DNA of 64,000 bases from Octopus sinensis (taxonomy: Eukaryota), in the NCBI RefSeq assembly GCF_006345805.1, contig NC_043000.1:133238001-133302000 (forward strand), read 5' to 3'. The notes below the pieces were generated by a model, which searched no databases, was not told the origin of the DNA, and was given only the letters and a program-made list of their open reading frames with translations. The position numbers and the translations under genes are program-made. Positions 63,850 through 64,000 of the stretch are shown piece by piece (position 1 is the stretch's first letter; each line of letters starts with the position of its first letter).

Positions 63850-63956
63850 TATAATCAAAATAAGCAACAAGAATAACTTCGGTAATTTGGTACGATGTAG
63901 CATGAAATGATCGTACCAAATTACCGAAGTTATTCTTGTTGCTTATTTTGATTATA
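63850..63956. repeat. Perfect 47-bp inverted repeat, 13-nt loop
   Basis: 63850-63896 is the exact reverse complement of 63910-63956. Confidence 0.95.
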
Positions 63957-64000
63957 TATATATATATATATATATTTTTTGTTTCAATCACTCTTATTTT

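Overview
AT-rich animal genomic DNA densely covered with tRNA-headed SINEs, (GAT)n-tailed RTE-type retroposons, LINE fragments, MITEs and long microsatellites. The repeat landscape looks most like an octopus (coleoid cephalopod), which is an inference. The only securely supported protein-coding gene is a + strand alanyl-tRNA synthetase (AARS1-type). It has 17 coding exons from 43082 to 63370, reconstructed by hand into a stop-free 758-codon frame covering the aminoacylation and editing domains, and it runs off the window end. One intron must be GC-AG. About 7.4 kb upstream, a CpG-rich region has candidate 5' exons. One of these would add an Arg-rich, acid-free peptide (MQQQQRRRHLIRRSFSISLR) in frame, so the gene may make both cytosolic and mitochondrial AlaRS. 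Other notable items are a 732-bp TRIM-like mini LTR element, a four-copy GG-ended MITE carrying TTAGGG repeats, an ORF1-retaining CR1 derivative, a mariner with two left ends, four locally templated insertions in 33.5-42.3 kb, and long intronic palindromes. All short ORFs in 1-35 kb trace to repeats, apart from one weak exon candidate. Repeat boundaries without TSD/TIR support are approximate.
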